Of a stretch of 64,000 nucleotides of DNA, positions 1-11,637 are shown piece after piece (within the stretch, counting starts at the first letter, position 1; each line of letters opens with the position of its first letter). The notes beneath the pieces were generated by a model, which was not told where the DNA came from, ran no database searches, and saw nothing but the letters and a program-made list of their open reading frames with translations. The DNA lies in contig NC_043002.1 of the NCBI RefSeq assembly GCF_006345805.1, positions 3,658,001 to 3,722,000 of the forward strand, given 5' to 3'. The translations under genes and the position numbers were made by a program. This DNA comes from Octopus sinensis (Eukaryota).

Positions 1-622
1 CATTACACGAACACAGACAGTTATTTGAGCAATGTTGCAATCCCAACATTGGGGAAATGTATTCTTCAACAGTCTCAGGCTTTCCAAATTCAAATGGGTG
101 ATGCCATGTATAAAGCACCCATGATGGTGCCATCCAAGAAGTACTCAATACACTCTGTAAAGTGGTTGTCATTCGGAAGGGTCTGCAGCTGTAGAAATTA
201 TGCCAACTCCTAGACAAGTGGAGCCACCTGGTGCAGTTCTTTGGCTTGCCAACTCCTGTCAAACCATCCAACCCATGCCAGCATGGAAAACGGATTTTTA
301 ATGATGATGGGAGGAAGGTTGAATGTGCCACCCAGATTTCTCACCACTACCCTGCTCTTAGGTGCCTTTATTGGGCTCCTCTCTTTTACAAACATTTGAG
401 CCCAATTCCTCCAGTCTAAGAACAGCTTCTTCCCTTCCTGTCATCAGTAACAGAAGTCTTGAAATGGTTATGGCTGCTCCACTTTCTCTGATTAAAGTAT
501 TTCAAATATAACTTAGCTAAAGTTCCACTCTGCAACCATTGTAGATACTGATGATTCTGAAGTCATGAAGTCTTCATTGATGACTTAATTATTCTTCCGA
601 AACTAAGAACTCAAATTTATCT

Positions 623-857
623 TTAACCCTTTTCATATCAACACCTCCAAGACTGAATCCTGTTCTATGACAAATTTTATATTTTTTAAATTATCTAAAT
701 TTAGAAAAAAAAAAAAAAAAAAACAATCTTCCATCAAAATTCTAAGTTAATTTATTTCCCAAATACTAGATAAATAAGGACATTCAATATTTTCTAAATT
801 AATTAAAAGACAATCAGTGTTGTTCAACAAGGAAATGGTAGCAAAAGAGTCTAATAA
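623..857. mobile_element. TTAA-CCC (piggyBac-type) MITE, partial
   Basis: Begins TTAACCCTTT; body similar to copies at 2185-2428, 8190-8450, 40969-41193 and 57302-57510. Confidence 0.65.
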
Positions 858-2184
858 TTGCAAGAATTGGAAACCAGTCTGAGTGTGTGTGTGGGGGGGG
901 GGCAGTTATTTAGGATCCGAGAGATTGTATTTGTTTGATTCTAATTCATTAACATAACAATTGTCTAAATTATGGCCTTGTGAAATTTGAAACAAAACTT
1001 TTTTTCTATAAGGATTTTATACTTTTTTATCTTTTTGATTTCCAGAGAGAAGTTGACCGGAATCTAATGGATTCCAAGGGACTTTACTGTGTTCACCAGA
1101 TCAGTTTAATAAGTTCGTTTATTTGGATAAACTAACGATATTTACTTCACTACTACAAGGAGGGGCTGAGTATAATCCAGAGAGAAGAATAGCATTGAAT
1201 ACCATTTGAAGGGCAAGTAGAGTTGAAGGCTTTGCCTCAAGACACAGCACAATGCCTGCAGCTGAATAAAAAGATAAAAACCTATGAACCAAGTGTCTCA
1301 TTTTTAATTAATTCAAGGACTTCAGCTTAAAGATTGGATTAATGAAACTTTTTATTAATCAGACTGGAGGAAGTAACACATTGGAGACCAGAGGATAAAG
1401 AATTATTAGAAATGAAGAGTTGTGAAATTATATTGATTACCAGATTGTATGTTATGATTTGGTCAAGGCATTGAACTTGTCTTGCTACTCTTACCTGGCA
1501 GAACAGCAGGTAAGAACAGAGAGAGAGAGTGAGTTGGTAATGGAATAAAAATACTCATTAATTGACATATTGTTAAAAGTGAGATTTACCTTATGCAAAA
1601 TATTTTGTTTAAATATACTTAAAGAACTGTTAAAAAAAATAAAGAATTTATAATTGAATTCCATTAGTTTTTCTTTTATTGTTTTGGGCTATAAACAAGG
1701 AATTGGTAAAATAAATCTTTTTCCATTTAGCTGTCCTTGCCTCAGTCATGGAAGTGAGAAGCAAAACTGACACAAATCATTATGTACTTTACATAATGAT
1801 TTGTGTACTTTACATACAAGTACAATGTGGTAACAGCAGACAAATTTGAGCGTTGTGGTGTGAGGCTGAGCACTTTAATTGTTATTATGAGGTTAAAGTC
1901 ACCAACTTTGAGACTGTCTGTTCTGATGACTTCATAGAATGCAAAAGTGCACGGCCTGGTGGTTAAGGTGTTGTCCTCGCAATAATAAGACTGTAGTTTC
2001 AATTCCTGGATCGAGTGGTGCATTGTAAATGAAACACCTTGCAACCGACTGACATCCTGTTCAGGGGTAATGCTGTGATCTTGTTCACCAGGGAAACCAA
2101 GTAACGAGCCCTATGGGTCGTAGGAGTTGAGACAGTAAGTTCAGAGGAATGGATGCTATATGTTGATGATGCTGATGATGATTA

Positions 2185-2428
2185 GTTATTTAGATTCTTT
2201 TGCTACCATATTCTTGTTGAAAAACACATTTTCTTTTAATTTTGAAAATATTGAAGAATTTAATAAAATAGCTTTGTCCTTATTTATCTAGTGTTTGGGA
2301 AATAAATTAACTTAGAATTTTGATGGAAGATTGTTTTTTTTTTCTAAATTTAGATAATTTAAAAAATATAAAATTTGTGTCATAGAACCAGGATTCAGTC
2401 TTGGAGGGGTTGATATGAAAAGGGTTAA
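2185..2428. mobile_element. TTAA-CCC MITE, inverted relative to 623-857
   Basis: Ends AAAGGGTTAA; reverse complement aligns with 623-857. Confidence 0.65.
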
Positions 2429-2942
2429 AGATAAATTTGAGTTCTTAGTTTTGGAAGAATAATTAACAAAGACTTCATGACTTCAGAATCTACAATGGTT
2501 GCAGACTGGAACTTTAGCTAAGTTATATTTAATTTATCTCCACATCATCATTTAGTGTCCATTTTCTTTGCTGGCATGGGTTAGACAGTTTGAGAGGAGC
2601 TGGCAAGGATGGAGGGCTTGCTTTGGATTAGTTTCCACAGCTGGATGCCCTTCCCAACACCAACCACTTTGCAGAGTGTACTGGGTGCTTTTTACGTGCC
2701 ACCAGCACCTGTGAGCTCATAAGACAAAGGACCTCTCAGCTGAGAGTGGAATCGAGAGATTAGAGTATGGTAGAGGAACAATGGTAACCCTTTTACTATG
2801 AAGGAGACACTCTGTGGGATAAAGAAGGAGAGGAGGGTGAGAGAGAGACAGATAGTCAGAGTGGGAGTGAGAAAGCTTGTTCACAGAGAACAGTGAAGGT
2901 AACATAAGTAGTTACCGAAGGGATAGAGGCATAAATTTTATA

Positions 2943-4190
2943 GAATGTGCAGAGAACAGCTTCTGTCACATTCCAGGGAGAAAAACTACAAGTAGTTGAT
3001 AGCTTCCGTTACCTAGGTGACCAAGTCAGTAGCGGGGGTGGATGCTCTGAAAGTGTAGCTGCTAGAATAAGAATAGCCTGGGCAAAGTTCAGAGAGCTCT
3101 TACCTCTCCTAGAGACAAAGGGCCTCTTACTCAGAGTAAAAGGTAGACTGTATGACGCTTGTGTACAAATAGCCATGCTACATGGCAGTGAAACATGGGC
3201 CATGAATGCTGAGAACATGCGTAAGCTCACAAGAAATGAAGCCAGTATGCTCCGATGGATGTGTAATGTCAGTGTACATACTCGACAGAGTGTAGGCACC
3301 TTGAGAGAAAAGTTGGACCTAAGAAGCCTCAGGTGTGGTGTGCAAGAGAGATGACTGTGCTGGTATGGTCATGTGGCGAGAATGGTGGAGGATGGCTGTG
3401 TGAAAAAGTGCCACACCCTAGCAGTTGAGGGAACCTGGGATGAGGTGGTGAAGCATGACCATTGAACATTGGGCCTCACTGAGGCAATGACTAGTGACCA
3501 AGACCTTTGGAGATATGCTGTGCTTGAGAAGACGTGACAAGCCAAGTGAGATCATCATCATCATCATCATTGTTCGACCGTGGTCGAGACAATGTGAGAT
3601 CATAACCCATGGCCTACGCCAGTGGTGTTGTACCCTTCAATCATTGGACAATAAACTTTTGCTTGCAAAGACCCATTGCGGAAAGTGAAATCAAAATCGC
3701 TGATGTGGCCGATGGCAGTTCCGCTTGATTGGCACTCGTGCCAGTGGAACTGTATAAGCACCATCCAAGCGTGATCATTGCCAGGGCCTCTGACTGGCTC
3801 CTGTGCCAAAGGCACGTAAAAAGCACCATTTAAGTGTGATCATTCCCAGCATCGCCTTACTGGCACATGTGCCAGTGGCACTTGGAAAACAACATTCGAG
3901 TGTGGTTGTTGCCAGTGCCATTGGACTGGCTCCCATGTAGGTGGCACATAAAAGACACCTTTTGAGCATGGTTGTTGCCAGTACTGCCTGACTGGCCCTC
4001 GTGCTGATGGCACATAAAAAGCACCCACTACACTCTTGGAGTGGTTGGTGTTAGGAAGGGCATCCAGCTGTAGAAACTGCCAGATCAGATTGGAGTCTGG
4101 TGCAGCCATCTAGTTCACCAGTCCTCAGTCAAACCGTCAAACCCATGCCAGCAAGGAAAACGGATGTTAAACGACGATGATGATGATGCT
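2943..4190 (+). mobile_element. RTE-clade LINE, 5'-truncated (RT C-terminus, modular 3' UTR, (GAT)n tail)
   Basis: ORF 2947-3354 VDSFRYLG..RIRIAWAKFREL..MLHGSETW..LRW then WYGHVARM; 3' UTR with GCACGTAAAAAGCACC modules, AGGAAGGGCATCCAGC core and GATGATGAT end. Confidence 0.88.
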
Positions 4191-4299
4191 ATAAGTGAGA
4201 CAAGTGCTGCAATGTTGGTTAGTTTAGCTATAATTGGATTTATTGATCAATTTTAGATCAGTTTTAAAAATCTTGTCTCTTTGGAATGTAAAGTGAGAG

Positions 4300-4334
4300 C
4301 AAAAGAAACACCAGTTGTCAAGCAGTAAGGAAGG

Positions 4335-4372
<38 letters not shown>

Positions 4373-4470
4373 GATGGGCTTCTTTCAGTTTCCATGTACC
4401 AAATCCACTCAGGGCTTTGGTTGGCCTAAGGCTATAGTGGAAGACACTTGCCCAAGGTCCAAGAAGATTC
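4300..4470 (-). mobile_element. tRNA-derived SINE fragment
   Basis: Reverse complement contains TTGGGCAAGTGTCTT...GGAAACTGAAAGAAGCC shared with copies at 7343, 9352 and 49318. Confidence 0.7.
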
Positions 4471-5015
4471 AATAAAGAAACATTTCAAACTGATAAATCC
4501 AAAGGTACCAATGGATGGAAATGTTCCAAATATTTTCCATTGAAAACCATGTTCAATATTTTCAGAGATCTTACCATTTATTTACTGTCTCAAAGCAAGA
4601 ATGCTTCGGCCTCACGTTCACTTCATACTCTACCACCTGCCACCCACACAATTTGCTTCTATTGAATCTTGCTCAAAGTCCCTCCCCGCCCCATCATTTT
4701 AAGCTCATCTTTGCACTGCGGAATGTAGTCTTTGATTAACTGTATTTTTGACTTCTTTGTCGAATTTCTGTCTTTCATTGGTTTTGCTGTGAGAATTAAC
4801 AGTTGCCTGTGAAACATACCAGAAGTACTTTTATGAATGACAATGGCTTTTTTCAGCTACTTTTAGAGAGTTGAAAGTAGTTTAAATTTTTAGTGGTTCC
4901 CTCGAAGGCAGAAATATAGTAGTTGTGACCCTTGGGCCATTAGGGAACAGTGGGGTGGGAGAAAGGAGATTATTTTAAAACTTAACACATAATCTGAACG
5001 ATTAATGAATTGGAA

Positions 5016-5500
5016 AATACCCAAGGGTGGCCAGGTGGTGCCATTGAACCAGGTGACAAGAGAATGTACTTTGTTAGAAGTACCCAAGGGTGTCCAGGTG
5101 GTGCCGTTGAACCAGGTGACAACAAAATGGACTTTGTTAGAAGTACCCCAGGGTGGCCAGGTGATGGTGTTAAACTAGGTGACAACAGAATCGACTTTGT
5201 TAGAGGTACCCAAGGGTGTCCAGGTGGTGCCGTTGAACCAGGTGACAACAGAATGTACTTTGTTAGAAGTACCCAAGGGTGTCCAGGTGGTGCCGTTGAA
5301 CCAGGTGACAACAGAATGGACTTTGTTAGAAGTACCCAAGGGTGTCCAGGTGGTGCCATTGAACCAGGTAACAACAGAATGTACTTTGTTAGAAGTACCC
5401 AAGGGTGTCCAGGTGGTGCCGTTGAACCAGGTGACAACAGAATAGACTTTGTTAGAAGTACCCCAGGGTGGCCAGGTGATGGTGTTAAACTGGGTGACAT
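5016..5500. repeat. 63-bp minisatellite, about 7.6 units
   Basis: Unit GTACCCAAGGGTGTCCAGGTGGTGCCGTTGAACCAGGTGACAACAGAATGTACTTTGTTAGAA. Confidence 0.95.
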
Positions 5501-5902
5501 AAAAAGGAGAATGATCCTACTAACAGGTTCCCATACATTCTCTTTCAACCAAATTTCACCCACAGGGTTTTGACTGATTGAAACGATGGCTAGAGAGACT
5601 TGCTTAAGGTGACATTCAATGCGATCCCACCATGAACCATCTTCAACACCCCAGTTAATCGTTATACAATTATATAAGATTTTACTGTTCTGCATCAAAC
5701 AACAGAACAATAAACTACAGTCTGTTTTTAATTAATTAATTAATTAATTAATAATAATTCTTTCTATTATAGGCACAAAACCTGAAATTTGTGGGGAGAG
5801 GGTAAATCAATTACATCAACTCCTGGGCTCGACTGGTCTTATTTCATCAACCCTGACACTACAACTAGTAGTAGTAGTAGTGGTAGTAGTAGTAGTAGTA
5901 GT

Positions 5903-6363
5903 AGAGAAATTAAGGCCAACAGACCAGATATAGTTGCCAGAGATCATGAAGAAAAAAATGCTTTCTAATTGATGTATCCGTACCAACAGATGACAACATT
6001 TCTCTAAAAGAAATGGAGAAACTTTCAAAATACAAAGACCTGGAACTAGAGGTAACTCAAATGTGGAATCTAAAAGCAGAAACAATTCCTATCATAGTAG
6101 GTGCATTAGGTAAAATATTCAGACAAATACATAACAAAAACACCAGAACTTACAAACACATATAATATACAGAAAATTGCACTACTAGGCACTGCACACA
6201 TCCTACGCAAAACACTTTCAATACAGTAACCATCAGAGCATCACAACAAATCACAGCACATACCCAAGGCACACAGAGCTGTGCTCGGTAGTGAAGTGAA
6301 AGCACGCTATAAAAATAAAACTACTGAATAATAATAATAATAATCATAATAATAATAATAATA
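5903..6363 (+). mobile_element. R4/Dong-like RLE-type non-LTR retrotransposon, 3' end
   Basis: Frameshifted translation REIKANRPDIV..CFLIDVSVP..KEMEKLSKYKDL..MW..IPIIVGALG..IQKIALLGTAHILRK* (restriction-like endonuclease); ends in (TAA)n. Confidence 0.85.
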
Positions 6364-6814
6364 AAATGGATTTTGATATCAAATGGGAAAAATACAGAAT
6401 TCTACCGAAATTTCCTAGCATTGTGATTTTGTTAGTGTATTGAAGAATATATGGAAGTGTTTTGGGGAAGAAGGGAAATATGTCTGAAGAAATTAACCAA
6501 GATGCTGGCGAAAGGATGAAGATGTAAATTTCTGGCCTCAAAGATTAATAATTCAAATTCTACAATGACCAAAGTAATACAACCTTAACAAGGTTTTGTG
6601 TGGTACACAACACAGCAGCAGCAGCAGTAGTAGCAGCAACAGGTGAGGTTGTAGTGTCAGCATGAATGAATAGATATAAATGAAAATGATGGACCAGATA
6701 TCAAATAACATCCCATTTTGGACTCAGCTGTTGGCACCTCCAGATGTCTACTGCTCCAGATGTCTACTGCAAAGATTAATGTTTTCACTGAAATATTCTT
6801 CAAAGGTTGTGGCA

Positions 6815-6945
6815 GCACTGGTGACAGTGGTGGCACTGGTGACAATGGTGGCACTGGTGATAATGGTGGCACTGGTCATAATGGTGACACTGGTGATAAT
6901 GGTGGCACTGGTTATAATGGTGGCACTGGTGACAATGGTGGCATT
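6815..6945. repeat. 18-bp minisatellite GGTGGCACTGGTGA(C/T)AAT, about 7 units
   Basis: Direct inspection; reads GDNGGT repeats in ORF 6718-7065. Confidence 0.9.
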
Positions 6946-7342
6946 GCTACTGTTCTGTCTTTCAGTGATAGGGATTCAATTGTTCAACCAAGTGAATTAC
7001 CTCTTCCCTCTGAATTAAAGTCTTCACGGCTGAGTATTCCACAGACACGTGTACTGTTCATGTAATTCTCATGCAGAATCACCATGACACAGCGTGTGTG
7101 TGTGTGTGTAACAAGGCAGTACTTTTTGAAGTGTAATCCATTCGAAAGGATTCCGTACGGTTTCCGTCTATGAAATTCTTCTCACAGGCGATGGATCACA
7201 GCAGAAGCTACAGAAAACGACATTTGCCTCAGATGCCAAACAGAAGGATTGATGTTGAGGCGTCATGGTTGTGAAACAAACTCCTTAACCATTCGGTCAA
7301 ACTATGTCTAAATTCCTTGAAAATATTAAAATATACAAAGAT

Positions 7343-7700
7343 AACCACATAGTTCCAGGTTCAGTCCCACTCTGTGGCACCTTGGACAAGTTTCTTCTAC
7401 TATAGCCCTGGGCTGACCAAAGCTTTGTCAGTGAATTTGTAGATGGAAACTGAAAGAAGCCCATCGTATATATATGTGTGTGTGTGTGTGTCTTTATGTC
7501 TGTGTTTGTTCTCCCACCATCATTTGATAACTGATGTTGGTTTGTTTACATCCCTATAACTTAGCAGTTCAGCAAAAGAGACTGATAAAAGAAGTACCAG
7601 GCTTTAAAAAATAAATTCTAGGGTCGATACATTCGACTAAGAATTCTTGAAGGTGCTGCCCCAGCATGGCCACAGTCTAATGAGTGAAACAAGTAAAAGG
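7343..7700 (+). mobile_element. tRNA-derived SINE
   Basis: GGTTCAGTCCC B-box-like head, GGAAACTGAAAGAAGCC, (TG)n, CCAGCATGGCCACAGTC tail. Confidence 0.8.
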
Positions 7701-7789
7701 TTTTTAACATGATAAATGTATTATAAACACCTGGTCCTACTTTTTAAGTTTCAAATTTAGTTAACCAAGCCAGAAGAGACAATGGAACC

Positions 7790-7975
7790 TGGAGCAGACC
7801 TGGTGCACTCACTACACTCATGGACAGGTTGGCGTTAGGAAGGACATCCAGCTGTAGAAACACTGCCAGATCAGACTGGTGCCTAGTGCAGCCTCCTGGC
7901 TTCACAGACCCCGTTCGAACCGTCCAACCCATGCTAGCATGGAAAATGGACGTTAAACGATAATGATGATGATGA
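7790..7975 (+). mobile_element. RTE LINE 3'-UTR fragment
   Basis: AGGAAGGACATCCAGC core and (GAT)n tail. Confidence 0.8.
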
Positions 7976-8721
7976 GATATATATATATATACATCTGTAA
8001 AGTCTTATTTTCAGAAGATGTATAACCAATATAGGCTCACTTGAAATACAGAAATAGAGGCCAAGAAGCCAGAGATTAAAAAATCCATATGACAAATATT
8101 TATGGATTTGTAAGTATGACCTTCCTCAAAACCTCTGGATTTGACCTAATTTAAGAAAGAACTATTGTTAGTGAAATCTGCCGGTAATACAACCTACGAA
8201 CACACACAATGTTCTTGACAGGCCTTAATCTATTCAACCGTCTGTGAACATATTTCTGTTGCCTTTACTTCATTTAATGTTTAAAATAATGAAGTATTTA
8301 GTAAAATATGTTTGTCACTATCAGGCTGGCGTTTGGGACATAAAATGGAATTTTGGCGGAAGTTTTTCATTTAAATCACTCTAAAGCAGGAAATTTGTAC
8401 CATAGAATCAGGCAGGGTGGGCACAGGTGGATTGGTATCGAAAGGGTTAACATTTGCATGTCAGGAATTGTTAATTTAAATGCTAAATAATGGGTTTGTT
8501 TGTTCTGTATAAGCAATGTGTGTGTGTGTGTGTGCACACATAAATGTCTTTCTACTAACACACACACAAATGGAGAAAATGGAGGTACACAAACAAGGTC
8601 TTCAAGACAAAAGTGAATTTCTTTTTAGCTGAAGAAATTCGTTGAATAATTCCAAAATAAAATCTGAAACGATCCCCATTAAGCATTCAGATTATTCTGT
8701 CAAATATAATCTTTATTTTTC

Positions 8722-9174
8722 CATCATCATCATCATACGTCCGCTTTCCATGCTGGCATGGGTTGGACAATTTGACCGAGTTCTGGCGAACCAGATGGCT
8801 GCACCAGACTCCAATCTGATCAGGCAGAGTTTCTACAGTTGGATGCCCTTCCTAACGCCAACCACTCTGAGAATGTAGTGGGTGCTTTTTACGTGCCAAC
8901 AGCACGAGGATCAGTCAATGCGGTACTAGCAACAACCACGCTCAAATGGCGTTTTTTATGTGCCACCGGCACAGGCGTCAGTCCCGTGGCACTGGCAACG
9001 ACCTCGCTCAAGTGCCAGTAAAGCGACGCTGGTAGCAATCACGCTCGAATGGTGCTTTTTACGTGCCACCAGCATGGAAGCCATTTTGTTGCTCTGGCAA
9101 CGATCACGCTCGGATGGTGCTCTTAGCGCTCCACTGGCACGGGTGCCAGTCATCGAATTTGATTTTGACTTCAT
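8722..9174 (-). mobile_element. RTE LINE 3'-UTR fragment with several internal modules
   Basis: (CAT)n, GGATGCCCTTCCT, repeated GGTGCTTTTTACGTGCC. Confidence 0.85.
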
Positions 9175-9351
9175 ATTTGAATACATTGTGAATTAAATGT
9201 TTCGAGATTCAAATGAGGTGACCAGGTTTTAACATTACAGGGAGTGGAGCACATCATAAAAAAAGGGGCCACAACGCATACCAAACAATTTATGACTCAT
9301 TTCTTTTATATCATATGAAATATTTTTATAATTATTCTTTTTTTTTCTTTT

Positions 9352-9541
9352 ATCTCTTCCTGTCATTTGACTGTAACCATGCTGGAGCACTGCCTCCAGT
9401 CGAAGAAATCGACCCCAGGACTTATTCTTTGTGCTTATTCAGCCCCTAGTACTTATTCTATCGGTCTCTTTTGCCAAGCTGCTAAGTTACAGAGGACATT
9501 AACACACCAGCATCAGTTGTCAAGTGATGGTGGGGAGACAA

Positions 9542-9574
<33 letters not shown>

Positions 9575-9744
9575 CACACACATACAGTATATGACAGGCT
9601 TCTTTCAGTTTCCGTCTACCAAATCCTCTCACAAGGCCTGAGGTTGTAGTAGAAGACACTTGCCCAAGGTGCCACGCAGTAGGACTGAACCCAGAACCAT
9701 GTGATTGGTAAGCAAGCTACTTACCACACCCCCACCCCTGCGCC
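9352..9744 (-). mobile_element. tRNA-derived SINE, near full length
   Basis: Same family as 49318-49705. Confidence 0.85.
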
Positions 9745-10276
9745 TATAACATATGTAATTATATTCTACATTCATTAATTTCATGTTTCCATAGCGATGT
9801 CATTATGTATGAAACTTACAACTTGTGACGTAGGTGTGACATGAAAATGAAGTCCTCTGGATTGCCCGGTGACAAGAGGTTATGTGACGTCAGGGTTTGT
9901 TTCGGTTCTTCAGATGTCAGTGACCACCAACACACATCACAGGAGATTGAGAGGAGAGTCCAAAAGCACAGGATGTCAGTCGTATAAAGTAATGGCTCCA
10001 GAAAATTCTCTCAAGGCCATCCGTTAACAAACGAAAATAGAAATTCAACTTTCATCACAAATGAACCAAAGAGTTTAAAAAAGTTGTTGAAAAGGTGCTT
10101 CTTTTGAAAACTGTGCTTGGTGGGGTGTGGTCACTATCCTTGCTCCCCTACTGGCTATGCCACTGGAGGTGGCAGTTCATTTTTAGAATGACATTGTAGG
10201 GTTGGTGTGAGAGGCCAGATCTGGCCAGTTTTGAACATAAAACAGGGAAACTATTTTGGCTGGGTATGGGGCCAGT

Positions 10277-10758
10277 TTAACTCTTTAGCATTTAAAACGG
10301 CCTTATTCAACCAAAATATTTTTATGTTCTAACTGGTCGAGTCCAGCCTCTCACACCTATCCTACAATGTCATTCTAAAAATAAAACAATCACAACTACA
10401 AGATAAATAATAAAAAATGTTTCTTTCTTGAGCCACACCAGGGTCGTAAGGGCCAGTTTCCCAGTTTAAGTGGTGTATGTATTCCCCATGTGGATGGGTC
10501 ACCGGTCTGTCACGGGGTTAATCATTTTTGCCAGCTGAGTGGACTGAAGCAATGTGAAATGAAGTGTCTTGCTCAAGAACACAATGCATCATTCAGTCCA
10601 GGAATTGAAACTGTGATCTTACAATCATGAGTCCAACACCCTAACCACTTAGCCACAGACCTCCACCAACTACAAGATAATGCGTTATTAATTATAAAAC
10701 AATTTAATCAAATAAATATTACATTTTGAGAGAGTAATCTGAATGCCAGAGGGTTAAA
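10277..10758. mobile_element. TTAA-flanked MITE interrupted by a SINE
   Basis: TTAACTCTTTAGCATT ... GAATGCCAGAGGGTTAA. Confidence 0.7.
10407..10666 (-). mobile_element. tRNA-derived SINE with 14-bp TSD
   Basis: CAACTACAAGATAA duplicated at 10393-10406 and 10667-10680; reverse complement has GTGGTTAGGG A-box and GTTTCAATTCC B-box; related copies near 1960-2130, 17330-17630, 38770-38995 and 49845-50120. Confidence 0.85.
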
Positions 10759-11369
10759 ATGATGTGTATTTGCTTAAGGGGACATTTGCTTAAGGGGACA
10801 TCTTCTCACACAGTTGCACACAAATTTTGTAAAGAAAGACTTTAATAAGACAATAATTTTTACTTCATTACTCTCAGCCCCTACAATGTGCATCTCTCAT
10901 GACCCCAGTCAGTTTGTCCCTTTACCCCAGAACAGAACCTCTTTGTCACCAACAGAGGTACCAGCCATGCAAACCTGTCCCCCTGATGACACCAGCAGCA
11001 GATTACGGAGACTGCCAACTGCACCCGAGAGACAGACAAGTGAAGACACATCTCAAATGAGAGCAGAAGAAGCTAGAAAAGTGGAGTTATTATGGAGGAA
11101 CCAGTCGAGCGGAATTGTGGCTTTTTTTGTTTGCTTTTGGTGAGAAAAATAACAAAGCAAGCTAACGTTCCCCAACAATCCAGACATTATGTAGACATGA
11201 CTAACGATGGAAATTATTAACATTCCACCGGTTTGCTTTTCTTTCTCGATTTCTCCAGTGGACTGAGACTCTCTGCGCAGGTGTGTGTGTGTGTGTGTGT
11301 GTGTGAGAGATAGATATGTGGCACATTTTTGTACTCGAGAAGATCTGCCCACCACAACAGAATTGATAT

Positions 11370-11637
11370 TCTAACATCAAGGTGCCATGTGCATTTAAAA
11401 AAAGGGTTGGTGTGGGTGTTGGTGCCATGTAAGTTGCACTGGTGACGGTTCCACATGAAAACGCACCCATTACACTTTCGGAGTGGTTGGCATTAGGAAG
11501 GGCATCCAGCTGTTGGAACCAAACCGAAACAGACACTAGAACTTGGTGCAGCCCCTGGCCTTGCCAGTTCCTCCTGTCAAACCCCACAACCCATGCCAGC
11601 AGAGAATATGGACATTAAATGATTATGATGATGATGA
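11370..11637 (+). mobile_element. RTE LINE 3'-UTR fragment
   Basis: AGGAAGGGCATCCAGC core, (GAT)n tail. Confidence 0.8.

Noticed and set aside
1363-1509. Plus-strand exon-like segment (ATCAG|147 nt|GTAAG)
   Set aside because: Stops in all three frames; no homology recognised; could only be non-coding
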